NCBI GenBank assembly: GCA_963793265.1
Contig: CAWBZI010000006.1
Span: 640,001 to 704,000, forward strand
Direction of reading: 5' to 3'
Source of the DNA: an uncultured cyanobacterium
GTDB lineage: Bacteria; Cyanobacteriota; Cyanobacteriia; Phormidesmidales; Phormidesmidaceae
Length of the DNA stretch: 64,000 nucleotides
The first letter of the stretch is position 1. Every line of letters starts with the position of its first letter. The translations under genes were made by a program, and so were the position numbers. Of the stretch, positions 9,146-19,087 are shown in pieces. The notes beneath the pieces are model-generated. The model was not told the origin of the DNA and ran no database searches. It saw only the letters and a program-made list of their open reading frames with translations.

Positions 9146-10684
9146 CTAAGACAGCAGCCTTTCCTTCAAATGATCGCCCACTCGCAGCGCATTTGCCATA
9201 ATCGTCAGCGCCGGGCCAACGCTCGCACATGAGGGAAAAAAGCTGCTGTCCACCACGTATAGATTGTCAATCTCGTGCGTCCGACAGTTCAAATCTAGCA
9301 CCGACGTTTCAGGGTCGGTGCCCATCCGGCAGGTGCCGCTTTGATAGCCCACAACCTGAATAGGCGACTCACCTCTAGGATAAACGGTACTCTGCCGCAT
9401 TCCTATCGAAGATCCTTCAAGATTTTTGAGTATCCCCATCCAGCGATAGACTAGCCGGTCATGAGCTTCAAGATTATTGGGCGTAAACTCATAGCGCAGC
9501 TTCTTGCGCTTGCGAGAGTCTTTTAAGTAAACGCGATTCTCGGCCTTGGGTAGCGTGCCCGTTTGTGCCCACCAGCCAATAGAGCTGGTTGCTAGCTGCG
9601 ATAACCCTACACCCGGTACCAGGCGAGCGAGTACCGACAGCAAAGGGGGCGATTCAGCAAAGATAATATCTTGCAGCAACCCGCCCGTATTTTCGATATG
9701 GCCCATAGGATAGGGGAAGTTGTAAAAGTCGTTATCGCCCCAGTAAAAGTCGTTAATGCTGACGCTGCGAGGAAATTTACCGTCATTTTTTGCGGCCCCG
9801 CGCTCTACAATCACCGTCATCAGGTGCTTCATCAGGTTACGACCTAGCTGATCGGATTTATTAGCAAGACCGTGCGGATGTTTGTCATTCGCAGAAATCA
9901 GCATAATGGCGGCTGAGTTGACGGCTCCACAGGCGAGTACAACAATGTCAGATTTAAACAACACTGGCTGATCGCCTACTTCAGCCTGTACGCCTTTAAT
10001 TTCGGTGCCAGTAGTGTTGGTGTGTAGGCTGATGACCTTGGCGTTGGTCTTAAGGGTGACGTTTTCGTGGGCAACAGCTACGTCTATGCCAAATACCTCC
10101 GCATCGCCAGTGGGATCATCCTCTTGCTGGGTAAGGCTCATGGGTAGAGAGGTGGGATGCAAGCCTTCTTTGTTTGCGATCGCCGCCACAATCGGCTGCA
10201 TCACAGGCGCATGATCTACCGCCGCATGAGGATAATCGCTGCTGCGCTCCGGTTCAGTCGGATCGCTGGCCTGATCGCCATGCACCTTGTACAGGTGCTC
10301 AGCAGCCGTGTAATAAGGCTCCCAGTCTTTATACTTTAAGGGCCACTCGGGCGTGACGCCGTTTTGGTATTCAACCGCTTCAAAGTCGCGATCGCGCATC
10401 CGCATCAACGTCGCATTATAAACCTTGGTATTCCCGCCCACCGCATAGTTCGTCTGTGGCGAAAACGGCTCCCCCGTCTCGTCATACCACTGCTCCGGGG
10501 CATGATAGCGCTCCTTTTTAAACACATCCACATCCGCCCGGTTTTGATCCTCAAGCGCCATCCTCCCACCGCGCTCCAAAATCAAAATCCGCTTGCCCGT
10601 AGGCGCTAGCTTTTGCGCCAGGGTGCCGCCACCTGCGCCCGTGCCGACAATAATGATGTCGTAGTGTTGGTCATCAATAATCAT
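9146..10684 (-). CDS. GMC-family oxidoreductase, last gene of the ARTO operon
   Basis: GTGAGG FAD motif, VGGNTKVY, NLYVVDSSFFPS. Confidence 0.85.
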   Translation of the reverse strand: MIIDDQHYDIIIVGTGAGGGTLAQKLAPTGKRILILERGGRMALEDQNRADVDVFKKERYHAPEQWYDETGEPFSPQTNYAVGGNTKVYNATLMRMRDRDFEAVEYQNGVTPEWPLKYKDWEPYYTAAEHLYKVHGDQASDPTEPERSSDYPHAAVDHAPVMQPIVAAIANKEGLHPTSLPMSLTQQEDDPTGDAEVFGIDVAVAHENVTLKTNAKVISLHTNTTGTEIKGVQAEVGDQPVLFKSDIVVLACGAVNSAAIMLISANDKHPHGLANKSDQLGRNLMKHLMTVIVERGAAKNDGKFPRSVSINDFYWGDNDFYNFPYPMGHIENTGGLLQDIIFAESPPLLSVLARLVPGVGLSQLATSSIGWWAQTGTLPKAENRVYLKDSRKRKKLRYEFTPNNLEAHDRLVYRWMGILKNLEGSSIGMRQSTVYPRGESPIQVVGYQSGTCRMGTDPETSVLDLNCRTHEIDNLYVVDSSFFPSCASVGPALTIMANALRVGDHLKERLLS

Positions 10685-10687
10685 GTG

Positions 10688-11299
10688 CTACTGCCACAGA
10701 TAGATCAAAATAAACAACATAATCCAAATAACATCGACGAAGTGCCAGAACAGCGAAGTTGCGGCAACCCCATATTCTCCCTCTTCGTAGTTATTTGGAA
10801 TAAAAGAGCGGCCCAGCATCACGCCTTGCAACAACACACCCGTGAGCACGTGCAGCCCGTGAAACCCGGTCAGCAAATAAAATATGCCGCCAAACACACC
10901 CGAGGTAAAGCCAAAGGGCAAGCCCATCCACTCCACCGCCTGACCGTACAGAAAAAAGGTGCCCATCGCCATTGTCAGCAGCCAGAATATCCGAAAGCCC
11001 CAGAGGTTTTCTTTATGCAAAAAGCGCTCGGCAAAGTAGATAACAAAGCTACTGGAAACTAGCACGACTGTGTTGATCAAAGGCTCTCGAACCTCTAAGC
11101 CCTCAAAGCCTTCAGGAAGCCAGTTTGCCGTGCCCGTTTTGAAGACAATGTAGCCGACAAAAAAGCTGAGGAAAATCACGCTCTCTGAAAGCAAAAAGAC
11201 AATAAAGCCAAACATGCGATTGTCTTCTTCAGCTTCCTCCAGATGCTCGGAGACAGGCACCTGTGAGTTCAGCGTAGGATCTACGTTTGTTGTACTCAT
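10688..11299 (-). CDS. ctaE: Heme-copper oxidase subunit III (ARTO)
   Basis: FLLSE, TGFHGLHV, FWHFVDVIW. Confidence 0.93.
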   Translation of the reverse strand: MSTTNVDPTLNSQVPVSEHLEEAEEDNRMFGFIVFLLSESVIFLSFFVGYIVFKTGTANWLPEGFEGLEVREPLINTVVLVSSSFVIYFAERFLHKENLWGFRIFWLLTMAMGTFFLYGQAVEWMGLPFGFTSGVFGGIFYLLTGFHGLHVLTGVLLQGVMLGRSFIPNNYEEGEYGVAATSLFWHFVDVIWIMLFILIYLWQ

Positions 11300-13020
11300 G
11301 CTAGTGCCCCCTCTGCCGTGCTGCCTTCAGGATTGCCCACCGGATGCCCGGCAGGCTCATTAGACACCAGCGGTTCATCGCTGCCATACCCGTACGGCGG
11401 CGACACCACAATCGGAATCTCTTCAAAATTCTCATGCGGCGGCGGCGAAGACACCAGCCACTCCAGTCCAATCGCTCGCCACGGATTATCACCCGCTTCT
11501 TCACCGCGTACCCAAGAACTCAGCATGTTCAAGATAAAGGGCAAGGTCGAAACGCCGAGTAAAAAGCCGCCGAGACTTGCAATCACGTTATAGAAGGCAA
11601 ACTCAGGATCGTAGGAAGCCACGCGCCGGGGCATTCCCATCAGGCCCAGCGGGTGCATCGGCAAAAAGATCATGTTAATGCCGATAAAAGTGAGCGCAAA
11701 GTGCAGCTTGCCTAAGCCTTCGTAATACATCCTTCCTGTCATCTTCGGGAACCAGTGATAGATCGCCGCATAAAAGCCCATCACCACCGCACCGTTGATC
11801 ACGTAATGGAAGTGACCCACCACAAAATATGTGTTGTTGACGTGGATATCAAACGGCGTTGAGGCCAGCATGATGCCGGTAATGCCTGCAAACAGAAACG
11901 TTGTCAGTCCGCCTAAAGCAAACAGCATTGCCGAGGTCAGCCTGATTTTACCGCCCCACACCGTCGCCACCCAGGCAAACACCTTAATCCCGGTTGGAAT
12001 TGAGATTGCCATGGTGGTGAACATGAACAACATCCGCATCCAGCCGGGCGTACCGCTAGCAAACATGTGGTGCACCCACACCACCAAGCTAAACAGCGTA
12101 ATCAGCAAAGAAGAGATCGTAACGACCCTATAGCCAAAAAGTGGCTTGCGAGAGTACACCGGAAAGACTTCGGAGAACACTCCGAAGATCGGCAGGATAA
12201 TCACATATACCGCTGGGTGAGAGTAGAACCAAAAGAAGTGCTGATACAGCACCGGATCGCCGCCGCGAGTAGGGTCAAAAAAGCTTGTGCCCACCGTTAA
12301 ATCGAGCAGCAGCATTACCGCTCCTGCCGTTAGGGCAGGCAGTCCAATGAGCTGAATGAGCTGCGCTGATAGCACCGTCCAGCAAAAAGCAGGCATTCTG
12401 AACCAGCTCATCCCCGGCGCGCGCATTCTGAATATAGTGGTGACAATATTCACCGCGCCCATAATAGAAGACACGCCCGATAGCGCCACCGCCACCAGCC
12501 AAAGCGCCTGCCCGTTGATCAAATTGCCAGTGGGATTTTGCAGGCTTACGGGCGGATAGGCCCACCAGCCAGATTGCGAAGGGCCACCGGGAATGAAGAA
12601 GCTAGCGATCAGGATGACACCGAATACAGGCACAAGCCAGAAGGCCACTGCGTTCAATCTTGGAAAGGCCATATCCCGCGCCCCGATCTGCAACGGCACC
12701 AAATAGTTCGCCAGCCCGTTCAGCATTGGAAACGTCCACATGAACAGCATAATTGTGCCGTGCATCGTGAACAAACCGTTATACACCGTGCGATCTACCA
12801 GGTCTGGCTCAGGGGTAATTAGCTCACCGCGCATCACCATCGCCAGCAGCCCGCCAAACAAAAAGAAGGCAAAGGCCGTGACAATATACTGAATGCCAAT
12901 CACCTTATGGTCGGTGCTAAAGGTGAAAAACCGCCGCCAGTTGTCAGGGGCTCCCGGCTCAGGCGTCAGGTTTTGCTGTGGCTGGTCAGGCTTTACCTTC
13001 TCCAACGTTGCATTACTCAT
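11296..13020 (-). CDS. ctaD: Heme-copper oxidase subunit I (ARTO)
   Basis: DHKVIG, HGTIM, WFYSHPAVY, VWVHHMF, VVGHFHY. Confidence 0.96.
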   Translation of the reverse strand: MSNATLEKVKPDQPQQNLTPEPGAPDNWRRFFTFSTDHKVIGIQYIVTAFAFFLFGGLLAMVMRGELITPEPDLVDRTVYNGLFTMHGTIMLFMWTFPMLNGLANYLVPLQIGARDMAFPRLNAVAFWLVPVFGVILIASFFIPGGPSQSGWWAYPPVSLQNPTGNLINGQALWLVAVALSGVSSIMGAVNIVTTIFRMRAPGMSWFRMPAFCWTVLSAQLIQLIGLPALTAGAVMLLLDLTVGTSFFDPTRGGDPVLYQHFFWFYSHPAVYVIILPIFGVFSEVFPVYSRKPLFGYRVVTISSLLITLFSLVVWVHHMFASGTPGWMRMLFMFTTMAISIPTGIKVFAWVATVWGGKIRLTSAMLFALGGLTTFLFAGITGIMLASTPFDIHVNNTYFVVGHFHYVINGAVVMGFYAAIYHWFPKMTGRMYYEGLGKLHFALTFIGINMIFLPMHPLGLMGMPRRVASYDPEFAFYNVIASLGGFLLGVSTLPFILNMLSSWVRGEEAGDNPWRAIGLEWLVSSPPPHENFEEIPIVVSPPYGYGSDEPLVSNEPAGHPVGNPEGSTAEGALA

Positions 13021-14032
13021 AAGAATCCTCTTTTGAACTGGTGTAGTTGACCATGGGGGCAGGCGCAGGCTTCACAGTCGCCCAGCCTAAGCTAATCGAG
13101 CCTGCTTCAGACTCAGCAGCAATATTTTGAGCGGCGTAGGGCGTGGTAGCAGCGGCCTCTGCTAGCCACTGCTTGTAGTCTTCTTCAGACTCGACAACAA
13201 CGTTGGTTTGGTTGTCAGCAAAGTAAGTGCCGCTGTAGGCAGAATCTCTCAGCCGGTAGCGCCCTTCTCGAATCGGCGTAAATGAAAAGTCAATTTCTCT
13301 ACCGGGGATAATGTCTTGCTTTACTCGAAAAGCGGGGACATAAAACCCGTGTAAAACATCATCTGAAGTCAGCTTGAAGCGGGCGCGCTGGTTTACTGGA
13401 ACATGAAGCTCCGTGCTGCTCACATTGTCTTCAGGGTAGCGAAACTCCCAAGACCACTGCCGAGAATGGACTTCAATCGGGGGAAAATCTTGCGCGGCCT
13501 GCTCCAAATCGCCCGGCACCTTCTCAGTCGGATCGCCTGGCACCGTGCCCACTGTACTCATCACCTGCGGCGCAAACGATTCGAGCAGGCTCATCTGATC
13601 GTAAGTTTGAAAGCTCACCGTACCAATCCACAAAATCAGCATAATCGGCACCGCCGTCCACACAATCTCTAGCTTAGTGTTGCCTTCAATCGGCGGGCCA
13701 TCGGTCGGATCGTACTTAGCCGCCCGCTGGTAGATCATTGAGTACAAGAGCGTACCAGTGACCCCAATAAAAATGAACGTACCGACAGCCGTCATAAAGC
13801 TAAAAAGTTTGTCTACCAGCACCGCTTCAGACGACGCCTGAGGTGGCAACCAGCCATAAGCCTGCTGGCCCATCCAAAAGCTAATCGCGAAGTTTCCACT
13901 CGCCAGCGCCGAAAGACCAACTATTCTGCGCCAGTTCAGGACGCGGCCTAAATCTCTTGTGCGTTCAGGCTCAGCCTGATTTTCGACTCGCTGCCTTTCA
14001 ACCTGCTGCTTAATTTCTTCGTTCTCACTCAT
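13013..14032 (-). CDS. ctaC: Heme-copper oxidase subunit II lacking CuA ligands (ARTO, CtaCII type)
   Basis: LEIVWT, QWSWEF, DVLHGF; DSAYSGTYFA replaces CxExCGxxH. Start ATG 14032. Confidence 0.9.
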   Translation of the reverse strand: MSENEEIKQQVERQRVENQAEPERTRDLGRVLNWRRIVGLSALASGNFAISFWMGQQAYGWLPPQASSEAVLVDKLFSFMTAVGTFIFIGVTGTLLYSMIYQRAAKYDPTDGPPIEGNTKLEIVWTAVPIMLILWIGTVSFQTYDQMSLLESFAPQVMSTVGTVPGDPTEKVPGDLEQAAQDFPPIEVHSRQWSWEFRYPEDNVSSTELHVPVNQRARFKLTSDDVLHGFYVPAFRVKQDIIPGREIDFSFTPIREGRYRLRDSAYSGTYFADNQTNVVVESEEDYKQWLAEAAATTPYAAQNIAAESEAGSISLGWATVKPAPAPMVNYTSSKEDSYE

Positions 14033-14720
14033 GCAAATCCTCCGGGCCAGAATCTGGGCCAAACTCTCTAGGGCCTACTACGCGAGGCTGTTCTATCACC
14101 TCGGTCACAGGCGTATCTGCCATCGTCTTAGTAATCTCTTGATTGGGATTGATCCCCGCATAAATTAGCCGGTCGGCAGTCACATGTACACCAAAATCAC
14201 CGCCCAAATGCGCACCCAATGTTCCTTGTGCAAACATCAGCCCAAAGATCACGAGCCCTGCGCCCAAGTAGCTCCACTGCACCTGCCGGGCTCTGTCTTC
14301 TCGCCACACATAGCGCTGAAACCCTCGCCAAATTGTCATCCCGACAATCAGCGTCAGCAGCAAAACGCCACCGAGCCCGTGCCATACCATCGTGTCTGTC
14401 GCATTCAATCCCCACGGGCTGATAATGTCGTCAGGCGGGTCGGCTAATAGAATCTCGTAGAAGCCAGCGGCGACGGTAAAAAAGGTGACGACCGCAGCAG
14501 CGACCATGTTATACCAGCCCACGTCGTAGAGGCCAGAGCTGGTGGCGGGGATCGCCAGAAATTTGAAGATAGGTTTTTCGAGCGGGTAGAGGGCGGCTAC
14601 GATGTCGAAGGCGATCGCAACAATAAAAAGCCCCAGCGTCAGGTGCACAAAATTAGGATGAATCGGAATGCCATAAGGCAGCCCGTTCGCTTCTAGCAGT
14701 AAAGGCATTAGAGAAATCAT
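14025..14720 (-). CDS. DUF2231 membrane protein
   Basis: PIHPNFVH, VGWYN, FGVH; in the ARTO operon. Confidence 0.8.
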   Translation of the reverse strand: MISLMPLLLEANGLPYGIPIHPNFVHLTLGLFIVAIAFDIVAALYPLEKPIFKFLAIPATSSGLYDVGWYNMVAAAVVTFFTVAAGFYEILLADPPDDIISPWGLNATDTMVWHGLGGVLLLTLIVGMTIWRGFQRYVWREDRARQVQWSYLGAGLVIFGLMFAQGTLGAHLGGDFGVHVTADRLIYAGINPNQEITKTMADTPVTEVIEQPRVVGPREFGPDSGPEDLHE

Positions 14721-15223
14721 CAGTTCAGCAAACCACTCCGCGCCGCTTCAACCACTGGCTCTGAGTGCAAACCATACACCCACACCAGCTTGTCACCTAA
14801 ATAAACCTGAAAAATAACCAGCACCGTCAAAAATGCGTTCATACCCATGTAGGCAGCCGGTAGCGATCCCGGCGACTTCAGCCGGATGATATAGCGCCAG
14901 CCTGTAATCGCCGCCAAAATCCCTGATAGCGACCAGCCTAGTAGCGTATGCAGGTTCAAATCACCTGCTGCTGCTGCATAGGGCGTTGCCAGTCCGGCCT
15001 CTATTTGGCCAAACACAATCGCAATAAAAATAGAAATCGTCGCAAACACCATATTCCACCAACCCACCTCATGCAGGCTCTTATTCTTGGTGAAATAGCC
15101 AATGCCGTCACAGACTACGGCAAACAGAACCATGGCAATCACGAAATGCACCACAATCGGATGAATAGTGTCGGGATAGGGCAGGTTGTGATTATTTAGC
15201 GGTGGAAGCAAATTCTCGAACAC
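14720..15223 (-). CDS. DUF2231 membrane protein
   Basis: IHPIVVHF, VGWWN, YGLH; first gene of the ARTO operon. Confidence 0.8.
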   Translation of the reverse strand: MFENLLPPLNNHNLPYPDTIHPIVVHFVIAMVLFAVVCDGIGYFTKNKSLHEVGWWNMVFATISIFIAIVFGQIEAGLATPYAAAAGDLNLHTLLGWSLSGILAAITGWRYIIRLKSPGSLPAAYMGMNAFLTVLVIFQVYLGDKLVWVYGLHSEPVVEAARSGLLN

Positions 15224-15408
15224 GTCGCTCTCCTTTTAGCATTAGCAGTCGTTTAGAGTTTTACACGGACTTAATTTATATGCCTTCTACTGTCGTAGGT
15301 AGTTGTAATAGATGGCTTAAAATTCGATCTATAAATCAAACGTCGTCAAAATTATAGCGTCTTAATTTAAAGCGCTTGCAGACGTGCTGTCGAGGTGAGG
15401 ATCAGCTT

Positions 15409-15825
15409 TTACGTCTCTATCAAAATAGTTTTGACCCCTGCAATGATATTGTTCGGCGCGTTGCCAAGAACGTATACCTTAATTTCTACTGCGCCACAGC
15501 GATATACCTGCAAATGCGTTAGCGAATCGGTTAGTAGTGTTTTGAGCGATCGCAGCCGAGCTATCTGCACTTCATCCTCGTCGGTATGCCAACTCTTGAT
15601 AGCCGTTGCCCGCTCAAAAAAATCTTCTACATCAACGATCTCTATTTCTGTGTCTTCTGCATGATCGAATAGCTCGCGCACAACTGATTGCTCGATTGAA
15701 CGGTCAGCTAACGCCACAGATTCCCAAACGACCTCAACCGGATAGTCACTTTCACTACTCCACCACAGATCATCGCAGGCAGCCTCCAAACTTGTCCTAA
15801 GCTCATCTGCATTAAATTCATCCAC
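15409..15825 (-). CDS. nuiA: Nuclease A inhibitor family protein
   Basis: LWWSSESDYP, FFERAT, VYRCG..EI.VYVLG, C-terminal GVKTILIET. Start is uncertain (GTG 15825 or 15840). Confidence 0.8.
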   Translation of the reverse strand: MDEFNADELRTSLEAACDDLWWSSESDYPVEVVWESVALADRSIEQSVVRELFDHAEDTEIEIVDVEDFFERATAIKSWHTDEDEVQIARLRSLKTLLTDSLTHLQVYRCGAVEIKVYVLGNAPNNIIAGVKTILIET

Positions 15826-15928
15826 CGCTTTCCCCTCCACTGTTTCCCCCTTTATGCAGTAGCATCTGAGCTTCATTTGCTCTACGATCTTTAGCCTACG
15901 ATCTAACTGCTCCGGCCCTTAAATTTTC

Positions 15929-17401
15929 ATGCGCATTCTCATCTGGCTCCGTAACGACCTTCGCCTCCACGACCACGAACCTCTACACAGAGCCCTCGAA
16001 AACAACGCTGAGGTGATTGGGCTGTACTGCTTCGATCCGCGTCAGTTTGGCGAAACGTCTTATGGGTTTGCGAAAACAGGTGCGTATCGGGCGAAGTTTT
16101 TGCTAGAGACGGTGGCGGACTTGAGAGAAGGGTGGCGATCGCGCGGCAGCGATTTAGTCATTCGCCAAGGCAAACCTGAGACAGAAATACCTAAGCTCGT
16201 AAAAGCGCTCAACATCGACGCGGTGTACTGGCACGAAGAAGTCGCTAAAGAAGAAACTGACGTAGAGCGCAGCGTTGAGCAGGCGCTTAAAGAACTTAAG
16301 GTAGCTTCAGAAGTGTACTGGGGCGCTACGCTATATCATCCCGACGACCTACCTTTTGAGATTAATAAACTACCGGAAGTATTCACACAGTTTCGTAAAG
16401 CCGTTGAGAAAGAGACGCAGATTTCACCGACGTTTCCTACACCCGAAAAGCTGCCTGCACTGCCTGACGAAGTAGAGCCTGGCGAATTGCCTACGCTTGC
16501 CGCTTTTGGTCTAGAAGAGAATCCAATAGATCCGAGAGGCGTGTTGAACTTTAAAGGCGGAGAAACAGAAGCCTTCAAGCGTCTACAGCATTACTTTTGG
16601 GATGCCGACCGGCTGCAAGTTTATAAAGAGACTCGGAATGGAATGCTGGGTGCAGATTATTCTTCTAAGTTCTCGGCTTGGCTAGCAAATGGAAGTCTCT
16701 CACCTCGAAGGATTTACGAAGAGGTACAGAAATACGAGAATCAGAGAAGAAAAAATAATTCTACGTATTGGATGATATTTGAGCTGATATGGCGAGATTA
16801 CTTCAGGTTCGTATGTGCAAAGTATGGCCGCAAGATATTTCGCAAAGGCGGTATTCGAGGTTTACCAATTGATTGGCAGGAAGACCAGAAGCGCTTTGAC
16901 AAATGGCGCGATGGCGAAACCGGCTATCCGCTGGTAGATGCCAACATGAAAGAGATTGCAGCAACTGGCTTTATGTCTAATCGGGGGCGGCAAAACGTGG
17001 CGAGCTTTTTGACAAAAAATTTGGGCATTGACTGGCGCTGGGGCGCGGAGTGGTTTGAGTCGCTGCTGATAGACTATGACGTGTGCAGCAACTGGGGCAA
17101 CTGGAACTACACAGCAGGCGTAGGCAATGACGCTCGCGGCTTTCGCTACTTCAATATTCCAAAGCAGTCAAAAGATTATGACGCCGATGGCTCATATGTA
17201 AAGCATTGGCTTCCTGAGTTAGAGGATCTGCCTGCAAAAAAGGTACATAGCCCCTGGAAGCTACAGCCTGTAGAGCAAAAGCGGTTTAACGTTCGTTTGG
17301 GCGTTGATTATCCTAATCCAGTGGTGGACTTGCAAAAGTCTGCTGATGCGAATCAGCGGAAGTATGAGGAGGCATGGGATAAAAAGAAAGGGAAACGCTA
17401 A
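15929..17401 (+). CDS. cry: Cryptochrome DASH
   Basis: WLRNDLRLHD, YKETRNGM, SSKFSAWL, MSNRGRQNVASFL, NWGNWNY. Confidence 0.93.
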   Translation: MRILIWLRNDLRLHDHEPLHRALENNAEVIGLYCFDPRQFGETSYGFAKTGAYRAKFLLETVADLREGWRSRGSDLVIRQGKPETEIPKLVKALNIDAVYWHEEVAKEETDVERSVEQALKELKVASEVYWGATLYHPDDLPFEINKLPEVFTQFRKAVEKETQISPTFPTPEKLPALPDEVEPGELPTLAAFGLEENPIDPRGVLNFKGGETEAFKRLQHYFWDADRLQVYKETRNGMLGADYSSKFSAWLANGSLSPRRIYEEVQKYENQRRKNNSTYWMIFELIWRDYFRFVCAKYGRKIFRKGGIRGLPIDWQEDQKRFDKWRDGETGYPLVDANMKEIAATGFMSNRGRQNVASFLTKNLGIDWRWGAEWFESLLIDYDVCSNWGNWNYTAGVGNDARGFRYFNIPKQSKDYDADGSYVKHWLPELEDLPAKKVHSPWKLQPVEQKRFNVRLGVDYPNPVVDLQKSADANQRKYEEAWDKKKGKR

Positions 17402-17447
17402 AGTGACCACTTGAGACAATTACCTATAGCTTCGATTCATGTGTCAC

Positions 17448-17867
17448 TTATGTAGACTTTTCGTGAGCGGTGCTATTTTCTTCCAACTGGGCTAGTTCAC
17501 TTATACGGTCGTGAAGATCTTGAATCTGAGAAATGATGCTTCCCCGAGCAATGGGTTCTGCATCATCGTCTAAGCCGACGTATCGTATCTGCGCAGCAAA
17601 AATGCTATAAGCCGAAAAATCTTTATATGCAGAAACCTCACAGCCTGCATCTGTTAGCCTATCGAGCAGAAGGTTTATATCATGTGTATACGGATAGATT
17701 TCGTTTAATAGTGCTAGCCATGCCTTCAAGCACTTTTCTACAGCCTGTTGCACATGAAATCCAAATATTTCATCTGTGAATAGGTCAATGTTGATCATTG
17801 CTGTTAGAGCTGTCAAATCGCGTTGGGCTGCGTTTAATAAAGTTTTAGCTTGAAGTAGATCGCTCAT
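17448..17867 (-). CDS. HEPN-domain protein, copy 1
   Basis: FHVQQAVEKCLKA, YTHDI, RY; overlaps the MNT gene; ATG 17867. Confidence 0.88.
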   Translation of the reverse strand: MSDLLQAKTLLNAAQRDLTALTAMINIDLFTDEIFGFHVQQAVEKCLKAWLALLNEIYPYTHDINLLLDRLTDAGCEVSAYKDFSAYSIFAAQIRYVGLDDDAEPIARGSIISQIQDLHDRISELAQLEENSTAHEKST

Positions 17868-18213
17868 AGAGCACTTTTCCCTCCCTGAGTGCGCAAGCAA
17901 CAACGTTGTTAAGGCTTTGGCTCCAGTACTCTACCTCGTCGGCGTTGTACATTAGCACGTCAGCAGGTACTCTAAATGGGCTTAATGCATTCCACACTTT
18001 ACCTGCCGTTTCGCGGCGGCTGTGCTCTTTGCCAAACGGCGTCGGGTCGATGATGAGAAAGTCGTAATCGGAATGGATATTGGCGGTGCCTCTCGCTTGT
18101 GAGCCGAAGAGGATGATTTTGTCGGGGGCGATCGCCTCAACTATCGCATTAGCCATATCGTCAAGTAGCTGCGACTTTTCATCTCGTTTGATATCGACCT
18201 GTTCTAGCACCAT
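17845..18213 (-). CDS. Minimal nucleotidyltransferase (MNT), copy 1
   Basis: ILFGSQARG...SDYDFL (GSx10DxD). Confidence 0.9.
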   Translation of the reverse strand: MVLEQVDIKRDEKSQLLDDMANAIVEAIAPDKIILFGSQARGTANIHSDYDFLIIDPTPFGKEHSRRETAGKVWNALSPFRVPADVLMYNADEVEYWSQSLNNVVACALREGKVLYERSTSS

Positions 18214-18266
18214 CGTTTTAAGCGTTTTTGGTGTTCACTGACTGTATAGCCCCATACTACACTTGT

Positions 18267-18686
18267 CTACTCAGACTCAGCTTTGGACTCTCTGTCTGAT
18301 ATGGATTGGAAGATATAACTTACTCGATCGTAAAGGCTTTGGACTTGCTCGATTGTGCCTTCGCGATCGATGGGTTCTGCATCACTACCTAGCCCTACAT
18401 ACCGTACCTGAGCGGCAAAAATACTGTACGCAACAAAGTTCTCGTAGTTAGAAACATCACAGTCTAGTTTCTCTAGTCTTTCAAGTAAGCGGTTCAAATC
18501 ATGCGTATAGGGATAGACTTCTCCCAACGCTGCTAGCCATGCTTTGAGACACTTCTCTACAGACTGCTGCACATGATAACCAAACGTTTCATCATCAATC
18601 AGCTCAGCGTCAATTATCACAGGTAGCGTTTTTAGATCTCGAAAGGCTGCATCTAATAACGTTTTAGCTTGAAGCAGGTCGCTCAT
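18267..18686 (-). CDS. HEPN-domain protein, copy 2
   Basis: YHVQQSVEKCLKA, YTHDL; ATG 18686. Confidence 0.88.
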   Translation of the reverse strand: MSDLLQAKTLLDAAFRDLKTLPVIIDAELIDDETFGYHVQQSVEKCLKAWLAALGEVYPYTHDLNRLLERLEKLDCDVSNYENFVAYSIFAAQVRYVGLGSDAEPIDREGTIEQVQSLYDRVSYIFQSISDRESKAESE

Positions 18687-19059
18687 AAAGTACCTTACCC
18701 TCTCTAAGAGCACAGGAAACAACGTTATTAAGGCTTTGGCTCCAATACTCTACCTCCTCTGCGTTATACATCAAAACGTCGGCAGCGATTGCAAACGGAC
18801 GCAGGGCTCGCCACACCTTGACTGCTGTTTTTCGGCGGCTGTGCTCTTTACCGAATGGCGTGGGGTCAATGATGAGAAAGTCGTAGTCGGAATGGATGTT
18901 GGCGGTGCCTCTCGCTTGTGAGCCGAAGAGGATGATTTTGTCGGGGGCGATCGCCTCAACTATCGCTTTAGCCATATCGTCAAGTAGCTGCGACTTTTCA
19001 TCTTGTTTGGGAGCGGTCTGTTTTAGCACCATTGTCTTAGGTGGGTTTGGAGCGTTCAT
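18664..19059 (-). CDS. Minimal nucleotidyltransferase (MNT), copy 2
   Basis: Nearly identical to copy 1 across the GSQARG...SDYD region. Confidence 0.9.
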   Translation of the reverse strand: MNAPNPPKTMVLKQTAPKQDEKSQLLDDMAKAIVEAIAPDKIILFGSQARGTANIHSDYDFLIIDPTPFGKEHSRRKTAVKVWRALRPFAIAADVLMYNAEEVEYWSQSLNNVVSCALREGKVLYERPASS

Positions 19060-19087
19060 TGATGACGTAGCTTTATACTACACCCGC

